A stretch of DNA of 64,000 nucleotides from an uncultured Roseburia sp. (lineage in GTDB: Bacteria > Bacillota > Clostridia > Lachnospirales > Lachnospiraceae). Location of the stretch: NCBI GenBank assembly GCA_964573715.1, contig CAZNKR010000001.1, forward strand, positions 30,599 to 94,598, given 5' to 3'. Below are positions 57,599 to 64,000 of this stretch, in pieces. The notes beneath the pieces are model-generated. The model saw only the letters and a program-made list of their open reading frames with translations, made no database searches and was not told where the DNA came from. The stretch's first letter is position 1. Every line of letters begins with the position of its first letter. Both the position numbers and the translations under genes were made by a program.

Positions 57599-59989
57599 CT
57601 ATAATTTTATTTTAGCTTCTGCCTCATCAATAGAAATATAGCCATACAGCTTTGCCGTGTTACTCATAATTATATAGGCTAAATTTTTATTCTCATCAAG
57701 TAACCTTGTAATAAATCTTCCATACATCTTTAAGGTAATATCAGAGTAGCTTCCTAATTCTCCTCGTAAATAGGTTTCATAGGATGTATTATTAATACTA
57801 TCTTCTTTGGTGCGTATGCTTCTAGAATTATTTGCCATTTTAGGGTAGTTTTGGGCAAATTCTTCCATCCACTTAACCTGAATTTCAATAATAGCTTCCT
57901 CTATTTGTCTTCGGCTATCACTTCTAAATGGAAGTACTCCCTTTATTTCTTCATATTCCTCTGGGGAAGTTGACTCCATCATTCTGGCATACTTTTCCAT
58001 GATAAGATTCCAGCCGTTTGACATTGCCGTCTTTATATCATCCAAATAACTTTCAAGTAAATCTTCATCCCATGCAAGATATTGGCTTTTTCTCATTATG
58101 CTAAAAGTATTAAAATCATCCTGACAATCTGCTCTGCCACCTTTATTCTCAACTTTGTCAAATTGCTCCCATTCAAGTTTAATGATATTGTTGGTAAGTA
58201 ATTCTTTATTACTTCCATCTCCTAGGGCTATAAGTTCATTTACATGCGTGTCTAGATAGGTTTCATCTGTTTTTACAAAACCATTTTCCTTTAACTCATT
58301 TAAAATCAAAGTTGCTATTATTTCAAAGGATAGAGCTATGGAATCAGCACCATTTACACCCTTTGTTGTATATCTAACACCTTCCCAGGCTTTTCTTTGA
58401 TCCTCCATATCACAAATAGCATCCATAATATCTCCAATTTCAGGAAGCTTCTTCATGTCCTTTATGCCCCTTCTCATCCACTTATAATAAGGGGCATATG
58501 TCCTATTAATAAGATATACAAGAGCCATTCCATTTTTAATTCCATCACTCATTGCAAGCTTGGCTGTAACGTAATCTTTTCTTGCCATCATTCTAGAATA
58601 ATTATATTGAGCTGATTGTGAGTATTCATGAAGCTTCTTAGCAATTCTATATAGCCACACTTTTTTTGGATAATATGAGGATAAATGATTTCTAATTGTC
58701 AAAAATGAACCTAAATCGTCTCTAAATACCTTACCATTACATGCTTTAGAAAGATTTTCTTCTTTTACACTCATCCATTGTTCATCTGCATTTGGTATAT
58801 AATTTGTCTCTAATAAATCAAAATAAAATGTATTTATCTCATAGACTCCTCCAATTGAGGATTGATTTTGAACAAAATTTAGAGATATATTTTGTTCACT
58901 GTAAAATTCAAACAAAGCCTTTTCATACTCTTTTTGAAGATTTTTTCCATAGATTCCCACATCTTCCTTTGTAAGCCACAAAAATAATCTAACATTATTA
59001 TCATGATCAAAAGAAAACAAATCATCATAGCCATAACAATCAGAGCCCTCTCCTACTACACCTACCGCTATTCTTCCTTCATATTCCGGAAATTTATCTG
59101 TTATCATAGGAGCAATTTTATTCGTATAAAAATCATAGCATTTATTTAATGCTTGCGTATACATTGTATGTTTAATAGCAATTTCCTGATTTTCTTTAAT
59201 TATTTTATCTTCTGCCTCCTGATATTTTTCTTTTATTCTCATATAATTGGCTGATTTACCTACATGCTTTTCTATTAGTTCCATAGCCTTTTTGAAATAG
59301 GTGCACGCCTCCGTATATCTGTCTAGATAAAACATAGCATCACCCATAGCTGATAAAGTTCCACTATAGTGATAATTTTTACCACCATCCTTTTCAAAAA
59401 GCTTTGTAGCTGCTTCTAAATATAGTAAAGCATCTTGAATTTTTCCTAAACGTATCAAAGTAACACCAAGATTTGTTTGGGTTGTTGCTTCTTCAATGTA
59501 CATTTGTGGATGTTTTGATAGTACGTGTAAAGCTTTTATAAGAAGGTCTTTTGATAACTCAAAATCTCCCGTTTCCTGATATAATAAGCTGAAATTATTG
59601 TAAAGGCTTGCAAACCTTGTATCATAAGCATCCAACGAATCCTCAAATACCATAAGTGCTATTTTATAGTTTTTTTGAGATTCCTCATAAAGTCCAAATG
59701 CTCTATATGCATTTGCAACATTTATAAGAGTGGTTGCAAATTCTACTGTATTGCACATACCAATATCATTCATAATTCTTACTACCTGGGTGCAATAATG
59801 TATTCCTTTTTCTTGATTACCGCAATCTCTGCAAAATCCAATTAATTCATTTAAAAGGGTTATCACACTAGGGATGTCATCTTCGCCTATAGCTTCTTTT
59901 AGCTTTTTGTCTAAAAATTCTTCTATTTTATCAGTCTTATACTTTCCAAACATAGCATCATATTCATCTAATACCTCATTGATATTCAT
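57599..59989 (-). CDS. TPR - DUF4037 (nucleotidyltransferase-like) - DUF4125 multidomain protein of unknown function
   Basis: The ATG at 59989 has an AGGAGG RBS. The N-terminal ~270 aa are TPR-like (NVANAYRAFGLYEESQ, NLGVTLIRLGKIQDALLYLE). The middle RIAVGVVGEGSDCYGYDDLFSFDHD matches my memory of DUF4037. The C-terminal EWEQFDKVENKGGRADCQDD...YARMMESTSPEEY matches DUF4125. Confidence 0.6.
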   Translation of the reverse strand: MNINEVLDEYDAMFGKYKTDKIEEFLDKKLKEAIGEDDIPSVITLLNELIGFCRDCGNQEKGIHYCTQVVRIMNDIGMCNTVEFATTLINVANAYRAFGLYEESQKNYKIALMVFEDSLDAYDTRFASLYNNFSLLYQETGDFELSKDLLIKALHVLSKHPQMYIEEATTQTNLGVTLIRLGKIQDALLYLEAATKLFEKDGGKNYHYSGTLSAMGDAMFYLDRYTEACTYFKKAMELIEKHVGKSANYMRIKEKYQEAEDKIIKENQEIAIKHTMYTQALNKCYDFYTNKIAPMITDKFPEYEGRIAVGVVGEGSDCYGYDDLFSFDHDNNVRLFLWLTKEDVGIYGKNLQKEYEKALFEFYSEQNISLNFVQNQSSIGGVYEINTFYFDLLETNYIPNADEQWMSVKEENLSKACNGKVFRDDLGSFLTIRNHLSSYYPKKVWLYRIAKKLHEYSQSAQYNYSRMMARKDYVTAKLAMSDGIKNGMALVYLINRTYAPYYKWMRRGIKDMKKLPEIGDIMDAICDMEDQRKAWEGVRYTTKGVNGADSIALSFEIIATLILNELKENGFVKTDETYLDTHVNELIALGDGSNKELLTNNIIKLEWEQFDKVENKGGRADCQDDFNTFSIMRKSQYLAWDEDLLESYLDDIKTAMSNGWNLIMEKYARMMESTSPEEYEEIKGVLPFRSDSRRQIEEAIIEIQVKWMEEFAQNYPKMANNSRSIRTKEDSINNTSYETYLRGELGSYSDITLKMYGRFITRLLDENKNLAYIIMSNTAKLYGYISIDEAEAKIKL

Positions 59990-60004
59990 AAAAAGCACCT
60001 CCTA

Positions 60005-60042
60005 AAATGCAGAATAATAGGCAGTCAACCCGCCTATTATTC
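60005..60042 (-). terminator. terminator candidate after argC
   Basis: Perfect 11-bp stem GAATAATAGGC/GCCTATTATTC with a 9-nt loop. Only a weak T tract (TGCATTTT) follows on the minus strand. Confidence 0.45.
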
Positions 60043-60054
60043 ATAAAATTCACA

Positions 60055-61002
60055 CTATAAGTTAAGTCCATGCTTTGGATTTTGTCCTGTCATAATATTA
60101 AGACACTGTATAGCAGCACCCGAAGCTCCCTTACCAAGATTATCAAACTGTGATGAAACTACAACCCTTTCATCATTACCATTTATATATATCCTCATAC
60201 CATCCCAACCTGAGCATGCATTACCAGAGAGCATATTTTTTTGATCCTCTTCTGCCCCAACTGGCATTACTTTAATAAATTCTGAATCTTCATAATAATT
60301 CTTATACAAATCATATATTTCATTTACATTTTTAACGTTATTTAGCATATCCATGTATAATTGAACACTTACTACCATACCACTATAATAGTCTGCTACA
60401 ATAGGTGAAAACAAAGGCTGTTTTGATAAACCACATATTGCTTTCATTTCTTTTAAATGCTTATGACTTTGTGTAAGTGCATATTCTCTAGGAGCCTCTA
60501 ACAATACATCTCTGTCCTTTTCTTCATATTCTGCTATCATTTTCTTACCGCCACCACTGTAGCCAGTAATTGAAAATGCACTTACTGGATAATCTTTTGG
60601 AAGTACATTTGATGCAACTAATGGATATACCACTCCTATAAAACCAGAAGCATGGCATCCTGGAACAGCAACTCTTTTACCATTTTTAATTTTATCAAAA
60701 TGTTCTTTTGATAATTCTGGAAAACCATACGCCCAACCTTCATTTGTTCTATGGGCTGTAGACGTATCAATAATTCTAACCTTTTCATTCTCTACTAAAG
60801 AAACCGACTCAATGGCCGCAGCATCTGGTAAACACAAAAATGTAATATCTGATTCATTGATAAGTCTTTTTCTCTCATTAACATCCTTACGTAATTCGGG
60901 AGAAATCTTTAAAAGCTCAATATCATCTCTATTCATAAAGCGTTCATAAATTCTAAGTCCTGTTGTACCTTCACTACCATCAATAAATATCTTTGTTTTC
61001 AT
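60055..61002 (-). CDS. argC: N-acetyl-gamma-glutamyl-phosphate reductase (short type-2 ArgC)
   Basis: MKTKIFIDGSEGTTGLRI N-terminus, active-site region VAVPGCHASG, and GNDERVVVSSQFDNLGKGASGAA C-terminus. Start chosen at the ATG with the best GGAGGA spacing; the track ORF starts at 61014. Confidence 0.9.
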   Translation of the reverse strand: MKTKIFIDGSEGTTGLRIYERFMNRDDIELLKISPELRKDVNERKRLINESDITFLCLPDAAAIESVSLVENEKVRIIDTSTAHRTNEGWAYGFPELSKEHFDKIKNGKRVAVPGCHASGFIGVVYPLVASNVLPKDYPVSAFSITGYSGGGKKMIAEYEEKDRDVLLEAPREYALTQSHKHLKEMKAICGLSKQPLFSPIVADYYSGMVVSVQLYMDMLNNVKNVNEIYDLYKNYYEDSEFIKVMPVGAEEDQKNMLSGNACSGWDGMRIYINGNDERVVVSSQFDNLGKGASGAAIQCLNIMTGQNPKHGLNL

Positions 61003-61020
61003 CATATCCTCCATCTAGCA

Positions 61021-61230
61021 TTACATTAATGCATCGTAAGCTTTCTTTTCTTCCATTAGTTTTCCATAAAGTTCAGGAACATTATCCATACTTTTAACAC
61101 GTAGGATTTCTACTATATCTACAATGATTTGATATAAAAGGGTAAGTCCCATATTTGCAATTACACCCTTTAACATATGTGCATAATCAAAAGCTTCCTG
61201 TCATTCTAAATATTTTATTATTCTTCACTT
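61021..61230 (-). pseudogene. Hpt (histidine phosphotransfer) domain relic lacking the N-terminal helices
   Basis: The open frame 61021..61200 reads QEAFDYAHMLKGVIANMGLTLLYQIIVDIVEILRVKSMDNVPELYGKLMEEKKAYDALM, with the Hpt motif AHxLKG. It is preceded by an in-frame TGA. An RBS plus GTG mini-ORF (VKNNKIFRMTGSF-stop) lies in another frame. Confidence 0.6.
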
Positions 61231-61406
61231 TATGTAACTCCTTAAGCACGTAATTGAATATAAATGCCATATTATAGGTGACACGAAATAAAATCTATTT
61301 CAATTTTATCATTATTTATTTAGAATAACAATATTATTTTGGTATTAATGCTGGTTAAATTTATTTTACATTATTGGCAAATTAACCTCTTCATATACTC
61401 TAAATA

Positions 61407-63392
61407 TTATTTCATATTTCGTAATTGAGTAGGAGTTTTGCCGTATTCTTTTTTAAAAAGTCTTATAAAATGTTCAACATTTTCATAGCCTACAAACTCA
61501 GATATGGTTTCCACTGTCATATTTTCGCTTTTAAGCATTGCCTTTGCTTTTTTAAGTCTAATTGTTCTTACAGTTTCACCAAAGGTTTTTCCTGATTTTT
61601 CTTTTATATACTTTGAAATGTATTGTGATGAAAGATGAAATTCATCTGACAATTCATCTAATGTTACACAGGCATAATTTTCTTGAATGTAGTTAAGTAT
61701 TGAAACCATTCTTCCATCTATTCCATTACTTTTGGCAATAACCTCTATTTGATTTACTGCCACAACAAGACCATTTACGGAAGCTTTTATAATATCAGCA
61801 TCCATTCCTACACCCCAGTACATTTTACCATTATAGATAATGCCTACATAGGCAACCGCCTTTGATGATGAACCCTTTGTAAGAGCATGCTCTTCATATA
61901 CTGATAATTCATAGCTTATTCCAAAATATTGTTTAATTGCATTAGAAACCGCATCAAGTCTTCCATTTCCATTTGCTTTAACATTATGAATCTCATTATC
62001 ATGATTTATAGATATCTCTGCCATAATTCCATCAATTTGTTTAAAATGGCACTCTTCTATTGTGAAATATCTATGGCTATATACATATTTATCTTTAAAA
62101 ATGTCATAAACTAACATAGGTGAAAGTTCTTTATGCTCGTGGTCTGAAACACCCTTTACCGTATATCCAACATCTTCCTTCATCTTTTCTGGAATGGAAA
62201 TTTGAAAATTTTGTTTTAATATATATGCTACTCCACCCTTTCCTGACTGAGAATTTATTCTAATTACATCCCCATCATAGGTTCTGCCCACATCCTTTGG
62301 ATCAATTGGAAGGTATGGCACTGTCCATTTATCCGTTTTCTTATCTTCTCTATAGTTCATACCTTTAGAGATTGCATCCTGATGTGAACCGGAAAATGCT
62401 GTAAATACAAGATCACCTGCATATGGCTGACGAGGTGATACAGACATTCGTGTAAGTTTTTCATAAGTATCTCTTATCACTTTTATATTGGAAAAATCAA
62501 GAATTGGATCAACTCCATGAGAAAACATATTCATACCTAATGTTACAATATCCACATTTCCAGTTCTCTCACCATTACCAAACAATGTTCCTTCTATTCT
62601 GTCGGCACCTGCTAATAAGCCAAGTTCAGCAGTTGCAACCCCGCAACCCCTATCATTATGTGGGTGTAATGAAAGTACTACGTTATCACGGTATTTTAAG
62701 TTTTTATTTACGTACTCAACCTGTGTGGCAAATACGTGTGGCATTGCATTTTCCACTGTTGCTGGAATATTAATAATTGCCTTGTTTTCTTTAGTTGGTT
62801 CAAAAACATCAAGTACTGCATTACATACTTCTACTGCATAATCAACTTCTGTTCCCGAAAAGCTTTCAGGAGAATATTCAAATGAGAAGTTTCCTTCTGT
62901 TTCATCTGCTAATTTCTTAAGTAATTTTGCACCATCCACAGCAATCTTTTTAATTTCTTCTTTGCTTTTCTTAAAAACCTGTTCTCTTTGAGCAACCGAA
63001 GTAGAATTATATAAATGAATTACCGCATGTGGAGCACCCGCAACAGCCTCAAAGGTTTTCTTAATAATGTGTTCTCTCGCCTGAGTTAACACTTGAACCG
63101 TAACGTCCTTTGGAATCATATCATTATCAATTAATGTTCTCATAAAATTGTATTCAGTTTCTGATGAAGCTGGAAATCCTACTTCTATTTCCTTAAATCC
63201 AATTTTAACAAGCATTTTAAAAAACTCTACTTTTTCATCAAGACTCATTGGCTCAATTAAAGCCTGATTTCCGTCTCTTAAATCCACCGAACACCATATA
63301 GGTGCTTTATCAATATATTCTTTTTTTACCCAGTCATAGGTTGGCTTAGGTGGCATAAAATAAGTTTTTTCGTATTTAGTGTAATTGTTCAT
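61407..63392 (-). CDS. leuA: long-form 2-isopropylmalate synthase fused in frame to a C-terminal AraC/XylS-type HTH domain
   Basis: The ATG at 63392 has a GGAAGGA RBS. LeuA motifs VDLRDGNQA, LHPHNDRGCG and FSGSHQDAI, with the regulatory domain ending at ...VVAVNQ. The last ~97 aa (61410..61700) are a double HTH: ...FHLSSQYISKYIKEKSGKTF...ISEFVGYENVEHFIRLFKKEYGKTP. Confidence 0.85.
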   Translation of the reverse strand: MNNYTKYEKTYFMPPKPTYDWVKKEYIDKAPIWCSVDLRDGNQALIEPMSLDEKVEFFKMLVKIGFKEIEVGFPASSETEYNFMRTLIDNDMIPKDVTVQVLTQAREHIIKKTFEAVAGAPHAVIHLYNSTSVAQREQVFKKSKEEIKKIAVDGAKLLKKLADETEGNFSFEYSPESFSGTEVDYAVEVCNAVLDVFEPTKENKAIINIPATVENAMPHVFATQVEYVNKNLKYRDNVVLSLHPHNDRGCGVATAELGLLAGADRIEGTLFGNGERTGNVDIVTLGMNMFSHGVDPILDFSNIKVIRDTYEKLTRMSVSPRQPYAGDLVFTAFSGSHQDAISKGMNYREDKKTDKWTVPYLPIDPKDVGRTYDGDVIRINSQSGKGGVAYILKQNFQISIPEKMKEDVGYTVKGVSDHEHKELSPMLVYDIFKDKYVYSHRYFTIEECHFKQIDGIMAEISINHDNEIHNVKANGNGRLDAVSNAIKQYFGISYELSVYEEHALTKGSSSKAVAYVGIIYNGKMYWGVGMDADIIKASVNGLVVAVNQIEVIAKSNGIDGRMVSILNYIQENYACVTLDELSDEFHLSSQYISKYIKEKSGKTFGETVRTIRLKKAKAMLKSENMTVETISEFVGYENVEHFIRLFKKEYGKTPTQLRNMK

Positions 63393-63427
63393 GTAATCCT
63401 TCCTTTCCTTTGCATACATATTGATAC

Positions 63428-63700
63428 AAAATAAAAAGCCTCTACAGTCTTTTGACTATAGAGGCGCTTAAATGCGTGGTACCACTCTACTTCATGAAAA
63501 ATCATGCTCTCATTGATTCATCCTTTCGGAATAAACCTAGATCCTGTAACGGGCATCTCCCGTCTGGCCTACTATTAGTTCAGCCAGAAGCTCCAAGGCG
63601 AGTTCGGTAAACTTTTGCTACTGTTTTACACCATCCAACAGTTCTCTTTAAAAGCATCCATCTACTTACTATTCCTCTTCAACACTCTTTATTAAGTTGA
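63428..63700 (-). promoter_or_regulatory. T-box leader (probable Leu specifier CUC) with terminator/antiterminator
   Basis: Minus strand contains an AGAGA box, GAACUCG as the candidate specifier context, and the T-box sequence AGAGUGGUACCACGC (63474..63488). The terminator is GCCUCUAUAGUC-AAAA-GACUGUAGAGGC followed by UUUUUAUUUU. It lies directly upstream of leuA. Confidence 0.85.
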
Positions 63701-63792
63701 TATCAAGATAATATCATAGTATTCAAAGTGTGAAAAGGGATGAATTTAATCATTTTTATTGATATTTTTTAATCTGGTATAAAAAAATATTA

Positions 63793-64000
63793 TTAATAAT
63801 TAATTACTCCAAACTGTACTAATGAATAGAATATAAGAATAATTAATAGGAGAATTGGAGCAATATATTTAATCATTACATTAAATAGCTGCTTTCTTCT
63901 AAACTTCTCACCATTTCTTGTTATTTCATCAGTAATAATCTTCGGTCCTAATACCCAGCCAACTAAAACGCAGGTTGTAAATGCAACAATAGGCATTAAA
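63793..64000 (-). CDS. sodium-dependent transporter (NSS/SNF family), C-terminal end; gene continues beyond the right edge
   Basis: The terminal ...PIVAFTTCVLVGWVLGPKIITDEITRNGEKFRRKQLFNVMIKYIAPILLLIILI is typical of the last two TM helices of bacterial NSS transporters. Confidence 0.65.
   Translation of the reverse strand, partial: LMPIVAFTTCVLVGWVLGPKIITDEITRNGEKFRRKQLFNVMIKYIAPILLLIILIFYSLVQFGVINY

Overview
AT-rich chromosomal core region of a low-GC Firmicute. The synteny is Clostridia/Lachnospiraceae-like and parallels Bacillus blocks: dprA-topA-codY-flgB-flgC-fliE-fliF-fliG-fliH, yrzL-yrrK-yrzB...yrrM-yrrO, prmA-rsmE and nifS-thiI. About 60 genes are present and nearly all are on the minus strand. 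They cover flagellar basal-body genes, CodY, TopA, DprA, ComM, tRNA/rRNA modification enzymes, RNase J, polyphosphate kinase, a folate cluster (folBK, folP, folC), a ParE/ParC-type topoisomerase pair, split transketolase, GltX, TrxA, ArgC, and a T-box-controlled long-form LeuA. I saw no rRNA, tRNA, CRISPR array, transposase, integrase or phage genes, and no recognisable defence island. This is housekeeping DNA, not an accessory island, and I could not identify a coherent novel multi-gene system. The points worth a second look are individual oddities. (1) Several deletion-type gene relics or chimeras: a sigK remnant, a broken trxB behind an intact trxA, an Hpt remnant, an aminotransferase with an apparent in-frame deletion, and a LeuA ORF that reads through into an AraC-type HTH domain. 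(2) An RpoD-like protein with regions 1.1-3.0 but no region 3.2/4. It is convergent with a 1100-aa GGDEF protein that carries a degenerate STAND/TPR N-terminus. (3) A disordered protein built from tandem RGEYKP hexapeptides. (4) An acidic Gly/Asp/Met-rich insertion inside the ParC C-terminal domain. (5) Phased short repeats in the GGDEF/transketolase intergenic region, and a palindromic operator candidate between DUF1836 and degV. All functional calls rest on by-eye motif recognition and synteny; no searches were run.
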